NCBI GenBank assembly: GCA_964603595.1
Contig: CAZRVN010000004.1
Location: 12,680-76,679, forward strand
Source of the DNA: an uncultured Actinomycetota bacterium
GTDB taxonomy: Bacteria > Actinomycetota > Humimicrobiia > Humimicrobiales > Humimicrobiaceae
DNA length: 64,000 nt
Direction of reading: 5' to 3'
Under the pieces are notes generated by a model. The model searched no databases, had not been told where the DNA came from, and saw nothing but the letters and a program-made list of their open reading frames with translations. How positions within the stretch are numbered: the stretch's first letter is position 1; each line of letters opens with the position of its first letter. This document shows, in pieces, positions 47,721-57,870 of this stretch. Made by a program: the position numbers and the translations under genes.

Positions 47721-49583
47721 TCACTGCATAACAAACTTTTCTACAAGCATCGGGTTAAACTGGGTTCCCGAGCACCTCATAAGCTCTTTTTTAGCTTCTT
47801 CCTCAGAAATTGCAGGCCTGTAATGCCTGCCAAAAGTCATAACATCATAAGCATCAACTATTGACACAATACATGCGTTTACGGGTATCTCCCTTTCCTT
47901 TAAGCCCTGCGGGTAACCATTTCCATCCCACCGCTCATGATGTGACAATATGCCTTCAGCTATAGGCGCAATCTGCGGGGTTGATTCTGCTATCCTATAA
48001 CCAATCTCGGGATGTCTTTTTATAATATTCCACTCTTTTATATTTAACCTTCCCCTTTTCATTAAGATTTTATCAGGTATTCCTACCTTGCCAATATCAT
48101 GGAGAGCAGAAAGCAGTTCCAGCTCATCCAGCTCGTTTTGCGGTAAATTGATAGCACTTCCCAGCATCAGGGAGAGTTTCCTCAGGCGGTCTGCATGTTC
48201 CTTGGTTTCATGATTCTTCTCCCACAATATTCTTTCCAGTGATAAAATAATAGAATTGTAAATGCTCTTTCTTTTAAGAAGCTTGTTTTTATACATGTTG
48301 TTTTCTGCTTCTTTTATAACTTCCCTTAAATTCTGGCTCTTGTCTATTCTTGCTGAAGTACCTATTGAAATGTTTAAAGGTATCTTCTGGTCCCTTGTTT
48401 CCATACATATTTTCTTTATTTTATTTAATACTCTTTCCACATCCTTCTCTGTAGACCTCGGCATGAGTATAAAAAATTCATCTTCGCCCCATCTTGCAAT
48501 AATGTCTTCCTCGCGCGAGCAGTACCTAAGGATTTTTGCCACCCTTCTCAGCAGTCCATCTCCTTCGTTATACCCAAAAGCATCATTTACAAGTTTAAGT
48601 CCGTTAAGGTCGCAAATTATAAAGTTTAATGGTAAATCCCTATCTTTATAAATATTTACCAGGACCTTTTCAAAATAAGCCCTGTTGTATAGCTCTGTCA
48701 GTCTATCATGAAAACTGATATACCTTATTCTTTTTTCTGCTTTTTTCTGTTCACTGACATTATTTATAACCTCTATTCTTGCTTCCATATTATTATGGGT
48801 AATAGCCCTGCCTGTTATTTCTAAAACTACTTTGCTGCCATTACCTTTAAGTCCTGCCACTTCATAAGGGGTATCGGTACCGGAATTTATCTTACTCATT
48901 ACTATATCCCTGTATTCAGGTGCAATAAAATCCAGTAAATTTTTGCCTATAGCATCAGAATAATTGCAGCCGAATATCTTTTTAAAAGATTCGTTCATAT
49001 CCAAAATTTTCCCATCACTGTGAATAACAATACCCCCTATTGAAGTTTTAAACAGGGCATTAAATTTTTCTCCGCTCTCTATAAATCCGCTCTCCAGCTT
49101 CTTCTTTTCAGTAACATCTTTTATAATTATCTTAAAACCTATAATCTTTTTATTTTTATTTTCTAAGGGACCGAAATAAACTTCCCCGAAAAGAACATCG
49201 CCATTTTTCCTATGCTGTGCAATTTCAAAAGAGCCAACCTCTTTCCCTTCTAAAATTGCCCTGAATATCTCAAGGTATCTGGGAATATCCCTGGTACTGA
49301 TGTTAACCCTCCTGGTAAAATACCTGCCGACTAATTTTTCCTTCGAATAACCTGAAAAGTCCAGCGCAGCATCATTGCACTCTGTTATTATTCCTCTGGA
49401 ATCTATTATAATAATGGCCACGGAGCTTGTATTAAGAAGACTTTTGTATTTCCCTTCGTTTTCCTCAAGTAACTTTTTGTAATTTATAAACTGCTTTTCA
49501 TATTTCTTAAGGTCAATAATCCTCTGGTTCATCTCCATCAGTTTATTTACAAGCTGCTCTTTTGTAATTTCTTCAATATTCAT
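47721..49583 (-). CDS. PAS-PAS-GGDEF(degenerate)-HD-GYP c-di-GMP protein
   Basis: HDRLTELYNR, DLNGLKLVNDAFG, RWGEDEF, LHDIGK, HHERWDGNGYP. Confidence 0.92.
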   Translation of the reverse strand: MNIEEITKEQLVNKLMEMNQRIIDLKKYEKQFINYKKLLEENEGKYKSLLNTSSVAIIIIDSRGIITECNDAALDFSGYSKEKLVGRYFTRRVNISTRDIPRYLEIFRAILEGKEVGSFEIAQHRKNGDVLFGEVYFGPLENKNKKIIGFKIIIKDVTEKKKLESGFIESGEKFNALFKTSIGGIVIHSDGKILDMNESFKKIFGCNYSDAIGKNLLDFIAPEYRDIVMSKINSGTDTPYEVAGLKGNGSKVVLEITGRAITHNNMEARIEVINNVSEQKKAEKRIRYISFHDRLTELYNRAYFEKVLVNIYKDRDLPLNFIICDLNGLKLVNDAFGYNEGDGLLRRVAKILRYCSREEDIIARWGEDEFFILMPRSTEKDVERVLNKIKKICMETRDQKIPLNISIGTSARIDKSQNLREVIKEAENNMYKNKLLKRKSIYNSIILSLERILWEKNHETKEHADRLRKLSLMLGSAINLPQNELDELELLSALHDIGKVGIPDKILMKRGRLNIKEWNIIKRHPEIGYRIAESTPQIAPIAEGILSHHERWDGNGYPQGLKEREIPVNACIVSIVDAYDVMTFGRHYRPAISEEEAKKELMRCSGTQFNPMLVEKFVMQ

Positions 49584-49618
49584 AAGCCATCTGATTTTTT
49601 CTAATTTTTAATACCATT

Positions 49619-49648
49619 AAAAAAATCAGAAGTGAAATTCACCTCTGA
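49619..49648 (-). terminator. Rho-independent terminator-like hairpin
   Basis: Minus strand UCAGAGGUGA-AUU-UCACUUCUGA followed by U7. Confidence 0.6.
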
Positions 49649-49816
49649 CTTTTAGAGTCTTAAATTTTTTTTGAATTAACCTGTAATTACTTTTTTTTAA
49701 AAAAAAATAAATCCTCATTTAAAAAACAATCTTTTTAAACCGGAAACCTGCTTAATAAAAATTATAAATCATAGGTTCTGCTTCCTCCGGGCTCTTCCTA
49801 TTATATCTCCCCGGCA

Positions 49817-50461
49817 TCAAATTTCTTCCCCTTTTTCATTATCTTCCGCAAACAGGATTTCCTCATCACTACTATAGCTATTTTTCCCATTTTCTTCAAT
49901 CGTATCAATACTCTTATCTATCTTAGGATCATCACCGTCCGTGTCACTATCAAAACTATTTTCCTGAATCCTATAACTTTCCTGCAAATTTTCTTCATCA
50001 ATCTTCTTTAAAAATAACTTAAATTCTTCTGAAATTATTTTTTTTATCCTGTTTTTAAACTCATCATATTTATACTGCAGATAATTTATGTCTTCTTCAA
50101 GTTCCTGTTTTTTTCTTAGCAAATCTTTATATGAATCCTCCATCTTAGTCTTATCATCTTCAAAATGGTTCTTTATTTCATACTCTTCCCCGATTTCTTC
50201 TCTTCCTGCTTCTTCCTGCCCTGCTGTTTCCCGGTCATTAGTCTCTTCATTATCTCCATTACCAATATCCAATCTATCCGGGTTATCCAGACTATTTAGA
50301 AAAGTCTCCATATCTTCTTCCCTTACTTTTATAGAATCCCCGGTTTCAACCGCAGGTAACTTCTTCATTGTAATCATATTCATTATTTCCTGCTCACTTA
50401 CACCGAGCATCTCGGTAACTTCTTCAATAGTATATAATTTGCCACTACTACTCATATTCAT
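49817..50461 (-). CDS. Excisionase/BldC-like HTH (HTH_17) fused to acidic linker and coiled coil
   Basis: LYTIEEVTEMLGVSEQEI...LPAVETGDSIKVREEDM; coiled coil LLRKKQELEEDINYLQYKYDEFKNRIKKII. Confidence 0.7.
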   Translation of the reverse strand: MNMSSSGKLYTIEEVTEMLGVSEQEIMNMITMKKLPAVETGDSIKVREEDMETFLNSLDNPDRLDIGNGDNEETNDRETAGQEEAGREEIGEEYEIKNHFEDDKTKMEDSYKDLLRKKQELEEDINYLQYKYDEFKNRIKKIISEEFKLFLKKIDEENLQESYRIQENSFDSDTDGDDPKIDKSIDTIEENGKNSYSSDEEILFAEDNEKGEEI

Positions 50462-50671
50462 TCTTATCCCTACCCGCGCCTTAAACGGCTGATATTTATT
50501 TCTAAAAAATATTTCTCATATTATAACATATAAATTAATTAAAATAATCGTGCTTTTTGTTTTACTACCAAGATATTTCTTATTATTATAATTATCTAAT
50601 GGTTATCTGTATTCATAAATATTAAAATAAATACTAATAAACCTAAAATTATAAAACTACCAATTATAATA

Positions 50672-51433
50672 ATGAACCAGGATATAATAAAACCATTTAT
50701 TTTAACTTCAATTGCAGGTCTTTCTACTACAATAGGAAGCATAATAGGCCTTGTAATTAAAAAAGAAAATCCTAAATTCATGAGCTCGGTCCTCGGTTTC
50801 ACCGCAGGGGTTATGATAGGTATTTCTTTTTTTGAACTTCTTCCTTCAGGAATAGATGAGCTGGGGCTTGCAAGGGCGAGCGCTGCTTTTATTGCAGGCT
50901 TCATTCTTATTTTTCTAATCGATACTCTTATTCCTCATGAGTATATCGGGTAAAAAGAAAAAATTGACAGCAAGACCGATTCCCGTCTTTTACAAACTGG
51001 CCTTTTCGTTGCCCCTGGAATAACTATTCATAATTTTCCTGAAGGGATGTCAGTCTTTTATAGCTCAATGGCAGATACCAGCCTGGGAATATCAATAGCC
51101 ATTGCCATTGCCATTCATAACATACCGGAGGGCATTGCTGTATCCACGCCGGTATATAATGCAACCGGCAGCAGAAAAAAGGCTTTTATGCTGTCATTCT
51201 TATCCGGGATAGTTGAACCAATTGGTGCACTGGTTACAGCCCTGATACTCCTTCCTTTTTTAAACCTCCGGATTCTGGGCTATATGCTTTCGGGTATCGC
51301 AGGCCTTATGGTTTTTATATCCATTGACAAGCTCCTGCCTGTTTCCAAATCATACGGGCATATTCATCTGCTAATATTAAGCTTTATAATTGGAATAATA
51401 GTAATGATTCTAAGTCTCGTGCTTATAAAATAA
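50672..51433 (+). pseudogene. zupT: ZIP family zinc transporter ZupT interrupted by a single in-frame TAA (50951-50953)
   Basis: ORFs 50672..50953 and 51047..51433 share one frame; reading through gives ...PHEYIG*KEKIDS...IHNFPEGM...IHNIPEG..., i.e. both ZIP metal motifs. Confidence 0.88.
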
Positions 51434-51734
51434 AGAAATCATCTTTTCATTCTGCTAATTACAGGAAATTTTTCAAAAAATCCTATCGCATATAGAGTTT
51501 CTTTAAGTTTATCTGTCAGATCTGCTCCAGCTAAATTTACCACCCGATGCTTCATATTTTTCTAGAGAAAACTTCCTTTTATATCTTAAACCTTTCCTTC
51601 GCAGACAAAACAGCCCTTATCTCTATTTTTTTTACTGTTCTTTTGTGAACTCTCACATTTAATTTAAATGGGTAAGAGCTATTAATATTAATTCAGAGCC
51701 CTACCCTGAAAAAGCCTTTCTGTAATAAAATTAA

Positions 51735-52292
51735 TTATCTAAGGAATTTTCCCACAAACGGAGAAGTTTCCCCCCTCCTTAAGAAGTGGCCTGACGGACC
51801 CTCACCCAGGAATTCCGAGAACCAGCTCTCATGTTCAATTTCCTCATTGAGAATAGCCAGAGCTAATTCATAAGTTCTGTGGTCCTTCCCCGCTGTAATA
51901 TTGCAGATATGCGTATAACCTCTTACTGCACATCTCTCAGCTTCAACAAGTACCTTAAGTATAGCCATAACATCCGTAGGGTCTTTGGGAAGAGCTGCAG
52001 GCGGACAGGCTGACATATCATGAAAATCCTTCATACTCTCAGGAAGTTTACCTCCCAGCTCATAAATTCTGGGAACAATTGCTTCAAAGTGATTTCTATC
52101 CTCGATTCTTGCAGTTTCTGCTATTTCTTTTACTCCCTCTCCTTTGAGGCCTATCAGGCTTGCTCTTAATATAGTGTAATAATAGTAAGTAGTAAGCTCA
52201 GCTGCAGCATTCTTTACAAGCAGTTTAATAATTTCATCGACATTTACCCCTGCTTTTTCAACCATCTCCCTTGTTACTTTAGCCATTTTCAC
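51735..52292 (-). CDS. Dps-like (DPSL/thioferritin) ferritin-superfamily protein
   Basis: AAAELTTYYYY, EDRNHFE, SACPP...AERCAVRGY Cys pair, EEIEHE. Confidence 0.9.
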   Translation of the reverse strand: MKMAKVTREMVEKAGVNVDEIIKLLVKNAAAELTTYYYYTILRASLIGLKGEGVKEIAETARIEDRNHFEAIVPRIYELGGKLPESMKDFHDMSACPPAALPKDPTDVMAILKVLVEAERCAVRGYTHICNITAGKDHRTYELALAILNEEIEHESWFSEFLGEGPSGHFLRRGETSPFVGKFLR

Positions 52293-52681
52293 TCCTTTCT
52301 TTCTATATCATATTTAATAAATAGACTTATATAAACTTGCGTCGATTATTAATGATATAAAAATCCAGTGTTGCTTCTGTTGCTGTGGTTAAAGTTTAAA
52401 ATCTCATAAATCCATGTCTTATATTAACAATTACTTCTTAAGTATAATATTATTTTAAAAAAATACTATCACGAACTTAAATTGGGTAAAAAGGGCTTTA
52501 TTTCTATTCTAAAAGCTTACAGCTCAAATATCATTAAATCGTCAATTACTTTTCTACTTATCTTTAAATCCTGAAGTAGTTTCTTGACAATGCGCCCACA
52601 ATTGTTATTATTATATATAAAGATTATATACGTAAATTTACATTTACACAAAAGTTTAAATCATTTAGACCGGGTGAAATT

Positions 52682-53410
52682 ATGATTAAAGAAAATTCTA
52701 ATAAAATAATTTACCTTGCAGTCATTCTAGGTGTATGCCTGATAATCAGTGCCTCAATTGGTTCTTTTACATTTTATAAAGTAAGAACACCTGTTGATAC
52801 CATTGCAGTAACAGGTTCAGTAAGGGAAAGGGTTACCTCGGATATTGCCATATGCTCTTCTGAATTTACACGAACTGTCCCTGCTGAAAATTTAAAAGAA
52901 GGATACCGGATGATGCAAAATGACCAGGAACTTGTACTGGAATTTTTTGAGGATAATGGGTTTACCGAAGATGACCTGACCATTACCCCTGTATTCATGG
53001 AAACGCTATATATGTATGACCCCAACGCTCCAAAAGAGAACATTCTGAAACAAACAGTTACCATCCAATCGGTTGATGTTAATAAAATTACCAATATGGC
53101 CAAGAGCACCCAGGAACTCATAAACAAGGGAGTTATATTTTCCACACGCTCTCTTGAATACTATTATTCCAAGCTGCCTGACCTTAGAATAGAGCTAATA
53201 CCCGATGCTATAAATGACGCAAAATTAAGAGCTCAAAAAATTGCCGAGGGCAGCGGTAAAAAATTGGGGGTTATAAAATCCGCAAATCTGGGTGTGGTAC
53301 AGGTTCTCCCGGTTAATTCTACAGAGGTTTCTGATTGGGGAACTTATGATACTTCCACTATTGAAAAAGAAGTAATGATACCGGTTACTGTAACCTTTAC
53401 GCTGGAATAA
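52682..53410 (+). CDS. SIMPL domain protein
   Basis: N-terminal TM, IAVTGS, AINDAKLRAQKIA, LGVVQV, IEKEV..PVTVTF. Confidence 0.85.
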   Translation: MIKENSNKIIYLAVILGVCLIISASIGSFTFYKVRTPVDTIAVTGSVRERVTSDIAICSSEFTRTVPAENLKEGYRMMQNDQELVLEFFEDNGFTEDDLTITPVFMETLYMYDPNAPKENILKQTVTIQSVDVNKITNMAKSTQELINKGVIFSTRSLEYYYSKLPDLRIELIPDAINDAKLRAQKIAEGSGKKLGVIKSANLGVVQVLPVNSTEVSDWGTYDTSTIEKEVMIPVTVTFTLE

Positions 53411-53457
53411 ATTTATAAGAACCGCAACATATAAAATTGAAGAAGAAATATCCTGGA

Positions 53458-54327
53458 TTAATTATGATTAACCGCAGGACATACAGAAAGGCCCCATATT
53501 CCCGGGCCGGTATGGGCGCTCATTACTGTAGTTACTTCGGTTAGTATTAATTCATCTATCGCAATTTTATTATCGCTTCTTATTATCTTTTCTAATTCCA
53601 GAGCTATATCTATATCTTCGCCGTAAAAAATACCAATCTTTTTCCTTTTATCAGGATAAGAGACTTTTTTAAGCTGCCAGTAAAGCTCGATTAGTGAATT
53701 CCTTTTATTCCTGACAAACTTTACTAATTTTACCTTCCCATTGCTTTTCAGGGTTATAATTGGCTTTAACCTTATTGACATTGATAAAAATTTACCAAAA
53801 AAGGGTGCCCTACCTCCTACAAATAAGTATTTAAAATTATCAATAGTGGCAAAAAGCCTGTTATTTCTTATGAGATAATCAATAATTTCTTCTATCTTTT
53901 TCCTGTTTTCTCCCTTCTTTACTGCCCTCGCTGCTTCCAGGGCAATAAAACCCATACCGATAGCTGCTGTCTTTGAATCAATAACTTTTATTTCCGCCTC
54001 AGGAAAAAATTTTTTTGCCTGGTTTGCAGAATTAATTGTGGTAGAGAGTTTTGAACTAAGATGAATTGAATAAATTAGATTTTTCTTTCTATCTTTAACC
54101 AGGTGACGGTAAATTTCTACAAATTCACCGACTGATGGCGTGGATGTAAATATTCTTATGCCTTCTCTTAATTTTTTAAATAATTCCTGGCTATTTATTT
54201 CCTTTCCGTCTTTAAATAACCTGCCTTCATATCCCACATTAAGAGGTACGACAGTTATGTCGCTATCCCTTGCTAATTCTACCGGTATATCAGCAGTGGT
54301 ATCTGTAACTATGGCGATATTTTCCAT
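53458..54327 (-). CDS. DegV family fatty-acid binding protein
   Basis: IVTDTTADI, TSTPS, IHLSSKLS, IDSK, SAHTGPG. Confidence 0.92.
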   Translation of the reverse strand: MENIAIVTDTTADIPVELARDSDITVVPLNVGYEGRLFKDGKEINSQELFKKLREGIRIFTSTPSVGEFVEIYRHLVKDRKKNLIYSIHLSSKLSTTINSANQAKKFFPEAEIKVIDSKTAAIGMGFIALEAARAVKKGENRKKIEEIIDYLIRNNRLFATIDNFKYLFVGGRAPFFGKFLSMSIRLKPIITLKSNGKVKLVKFVRNKRNSLIELYWQLKKVSYPDKRKKIGIFYGEDIDIALELEKIIRSDNKIAIDELILTEVTTVMSAHTGPGIWGLSVCPAVNHN

Positions 54328-54659
54328 AAATATCCTTTTTAAAAAATTAAATTCTATTTTACATTAAACTACTAAAAAATATAACAAAATTATTACAAAT
54401 TTATCATATTATATTAATTTTCCGGCATTAAAAACATTTTTTTAGCATTGAAGGGTGGATAATTTAATTATTGAAATATATAATATTTTAAATTTCTTCC
54501 ACCATTTTTGTAAATTTTTGGATAAAACAGGTGAAAAAATATTATAAATCTGTTATAAGAGTCATAAACAGTTATAATATTTATAAACAGTTGCAGCAGG
54601 GTTGTTCTTTATAATAGAAATAATCTACAGACAAATACCCTGTACAGAATAAGATTCTT

Positions 54660-55553
54660 ATGATAGAGACCAAACATTCATATAGCCCCGGAGAAAAGAC
54701 TCCGAGGATAATTGCTGTTTCCAGCCAGAAAGGCGGTGTTGGTAAAAGTACAACTGCGGTAAATGTAGCTACATATCTCGGTGAGTTCGGGTACAGGACC
54801 ATACTTGTGGATATGGATCCCCAGAGCAGTTCTACAAGTGGACTGGGCATAAAATATAAGAAATTAAAAAATTCTATCTATGATGCATTAATCCATGATG
54901 AAGACCCAAATAACATAATCATGGAAACCCCTTATAATAACCTGGCACTACTGCCTTCCAGCCAGCATCTTTCAAATGCAGAAATTGAACTCTCAGTAAC
55001 AAGCGGGAGAGAGTTCAGGTTAAAAAATGTTTTTGAAAATCTCAATTATGATTTTGATTTTATAATCATAGATTGTTCACCCTCCCTAGGAATCCTTACC
55101 ACCAATGCCCTTGTCTCTGCCAGCGAAGTTCTTATACCAATGCAGTGCGAGTATTATGCTCTTGAGGGGATTACCAGATTAGTTGAAACCATAAACGAGA
55201 TTAAAGCAGTGTTTAATGAACCACTTGAAATAGCAGGTGTAGTATTCACTATGTATTTAAAAACGATGTTATCAAGACAGATAATAAAAAAAGTAAAGAG
55301 CTACCTCCCCGATAAAGTATTTAAAACTATTATACCCAAGAATGTTAAGCTTGTGGAAGCACCTAGCATGGGGGAACCGATTAAAACTTATAACCCGTCA
55401 TGCAAAGGGGCCCGTGCTTATGAAAGTTTAACCAGAGAAATTATAGAAGTCAAAAATAGCCCTCTTAAAAAAAGTTTCCCATCACTTCCCAAAAAAATCA
55501 TAGACTTCTGGGATACGGGTGCGCCTCCCAGGCACGCCGCAAAAAATTACTAA
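54660..55553 (+). CDS. ParA/Soj family ATPase (no adjacent parB)
   Basis: QKGGVGKSTT, VDMDPQ, IDCSPSLG, ALEG, LVEAPSMG. Confidence 0.92.
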   Translation: MIETKHSYSPGEKTPRIIAVSSQKGGVGKSTTAVNVATYLGEFGYRTILVDMDPQSSSTSGLGIKYKKLKNSIYDALIHDEDPNNIIMETPYNNLALLPSSQHLSNAEIELSVTSGREFRLKNVFENLNYDFDFIIIDCSPSLGILTTNALVSASEVLIPMQCEYYALEGITRLVETINEIKAVFNEPLEIAGVVFTMYLKTMLSRQIIKKVKSYLPDKVFKTIIPKNVKLVEAPSMGEPIKTYNPSCKGARAYESLTREIIEVKNSPLKKSFPSLPKKIIDFWDTGAPPRHAAKNY

Positions 55554-55724
55554 TACCCTGCCCTGTAACCAGCTACTTTCACACACCTTTTTACCTGAAA
55601 ATAGGAATATTTGATTATTGTAAAAATTATTTTATAATTACTTTAAATAAAACTTTAATAATATTTTTATAAATACCTCTTTTATAAAAAATTTTTTATA
55701 TATTTTATTAAATTTAACAAGAGG

Positions 55725-57218
55725 TTGAACATGAAAAAAATACCATCAAAGATAAAAGTGCTTTTCACTTTATTTTCTATTCTTTTCCTTATCATTACTT
55801 TCTCCCTTGCAAATGCCGCATGTACTGGAGATGAATCAGGGGAAAGTGATAAGGAAGTTGAAGATACTTCAGAAGCCGGCGCAAAAGGAGAAGATAAAGC
55901 TACTGATGAAGGAAAACCCGAAACAGAAGAGATTATAGAGCCATCCTATAAACTGCTCTATCAACTAATCAGGAGCAAGGTCTCAAAAAATGTAACTGCA
56001 AATACTGAATGTTACCTGTTTAATTTCAGTGAATTCATGGATGGGGGATTGATTAATCCTGACAGCAGCGGTAACAAAATATTAGAATTAAAAAAATATC
56101 CTACCAGCTTTATAACAGCTGAAGAACTTGAAAACTATTATTATATATACTCCCCCAACAATCCAGTTACGCAGCTTGAAGGTTTTGATTTCTTTAACTG
56201 GGATATTGAAGGCCAGGCAATGATTACAGCTGATTTTGAAACCGGTACCAGCACCGAACTTAAAACTTCCCCGCCTGATATGTACCCGGGCAGTGTCCTT
56301 GCCTCCCCTGAAAATAAATACCTGGCATATCCAATGACCATACAGAAAGATTCCAATGTTTCTTCAGGCGGAAGTTTTGTGATGGAAAAATTTAACCCTT
56401 TTCTTTCTGACTCTAATCTTGTAATTATGGATACTAGTGATAACCAGGAAAAAACAGTTCTGGAAAATACCTATAACAGGCAGCTTTTTTCCAGTTTTTC
56501 TCAATTCTCGGTAAGTGATGATTATTTTTATACCATAGCCATAGAAAATGACAGCTTTAAATTTGTAAGGATATCTCTTGATACGGGAGAAGTTAAAGAT
56601 TTCTCAGAAGCTTTCCCCTACTTTGACTGGAGCATAATAGACTGGGATGAATTTTTCCCCAGGTCAGGTGATTTTTCATACGCTAATTTCTCATTATCTC
56701 CTGATGAAGAAAGAATGGTTATATACAAAAATAGTTATGTAGCCAATATGAAAAATCCATGTTCATCAGAAGCCCACCATAAACTATGGATTTTAAATCT
56801 TGAAGACGGCAGTATGGATTTATTCGTGAAAGATAACGGTTATGTAACAGATGTTTCCTGGAATCCTGATGGTAGCCAGAAATTCGCCCTGTCAATTAAT
56901 AGCCACTGCGGGTGCTACCCGGACTACATCGATACAAGAATTGATATAATTGACAAAAATGGTGGTTCAGTGGAAACACTTATGACTGAATCTAAAAGCA
57001 AAATAACAAGTCTCGGTTGGTCACCTGATGGAAAAACCATTGCCTATGATATTTACGGTACTGATTTTACAGGCAGCCTGAAATTAATTGGCGTAGAAGA
57101 CAGAAAAGTGGAAGAACTAACCAGTACTGCGGCACTTATAAACAGCGGCTTAATTGAGGATACAACAAGTAAAGAATCACACATCCTTATAATGTTTATA
57201 GGGTGGGTTAAAGAATAA
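55725..57218 (+). CDS. Hypothetical lipoprotein with TolB-like beta-propeller repeats
   Basis: Signal ending NAAC, acidic linker, SPENKYLAY, LSPDEERM, SWNPDGS, WSPDGKTIAY. Confidence 0.7.
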   Translation: MNMKKIPSKIKVLFTLFSILFLIITFSLANAACTGDESGESDKEVEDTSEAGAKGEDKATDEGKPETEEIIEPSYKLLYQLIRSKVSKNVTANTECYLFNFSEFMDGGLINPDSSGNKILELKKYPTSFITAEELENYYYIYSPNNPVTQLEGFDFFNWDIEGQAMITADFETGTSTELKTSPPDMYPGSVLASPENKYLAYPMTIQKDSNVSSGGSFVMEKFNPFLSDSNLVIMDTSDNQEKTVLENTYNRQLFSSFSQFSVSDDYFYTIAIENDSFKFVRISLDTGEVKDFSEAFPYFDWSIIDWDEFFPRSGDFSYANFSLSPDEERMVIYKNSYVANMKNPCSSEAHHKLWILNLEDGSMDLFVKDNGYVTDVSWNPDGSQKFALSINSHCGCYPDYIDTRIDIIDKNGGSVETLMTESKSKITSLGWSPDGKTIAYDIYGTDFTGSLKLIGVEDRKVEELTSTAALINSGLIEDTTSKESHILIMFIGWVKE

Positions 57219-57379
57219 AGAAACAAAATAACCTGCCCGGCCAATTGCAAACTAATGAGGGTTGATTAACTTATAACTTTTTGGAAAAATTGAACTGATG
57301 AGGCCTATTGGCTCGTTTTGCTTAATTTCTAATGAAAGTAAGCATGTAATATTCTTAAAATAAAATACGGAGGCATTTT

Positions 57380-57829
57380 ATGAAAACTTTAATAGTCTAT
57401 GACTCTGTCTATGGCAATACAGAAAAAATTGCACAATCCATAGGCAATGCCATAAGCGGCGACACCAGAGTGCTAAGGGCAGGCGAAGTAAAACTTCATG
57501 AACTGGAATCAACTGATTTCCTTATTGTCGGCTCCCCCACTTATGCAGGCAGGCCAACACAACCGGTTAAGGATTTCCTCTCCGGGATTCCTAAATCTTT
57601 ACTAAAAGACATCTCTGTAGCTGCATTCGATACAAGAATGTCTATAAAAATTGCGAAATTCTTTGGTCATGCAGCAAATAAAATAGCAAAAATCCTTGTG
57701 GCCAGAGGTGGTAATCTTGCTTTACCTCCTGAAGGTTTTTTGGTTAAAGACAAAGAAGGCCCGCTCTATGAAGGTGAAGAAATTCGAGCAGCCGGCTGGG
57801 CAAGAGAAGTTATCAAAAGTAAAAATTAG
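57380..57829 (+). CDS. Flavodoxin family protein
   Basis: YDSVYGNTEKIA, GSPTYAG, AAFDTR; RBS GGAGG. Confidence 0.9.
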   Translation: MKTLIVYDSVYGNTEKIAQSIGNAISGDTRVLRAGEVKLHELESTDFLIVGSPTYAGRPTQPVKDFLSGIPKSLLKDISVAAFDTRMSIKIAKFFGHAANKIAKILVARGGNLALPPEGFLVKDKEGPLYEGEEIRAAGWAREVIKSKN

Positions 57830-57870
57830 TAATTAAGTTGACCGGGCATAAAAGATTATTAATTGAATTT

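Noticed and set aside
49817-50461. Prophage/ICE excisionase
   Set aside because: No integrase, att-like repeats or other mobile genes in the window
50951-50953. Possible Sec/Pyl recoding in zupT
   Set aside because: The stop is TAA, not TGA or TAG
51434-51660. Short minus-strand frames (MKHRVVNLAGADL..., DKGCFVCEGK) between zupT and DPSL
   Set aside because: No RBS, interrupted by stops, no recognisable family; may be a remnant but unsupported
57243-57345. Hammerhead-like CTGATGAG-GCC-TATT-GGC and a near-duplicate AATTG..AACT(A/G)ATGAGG upstream of flavodoxin
   Set aside because: Stem II is followed by TCGTTT, not CGAAA; no stem I/III with a cleavage triplet could be built
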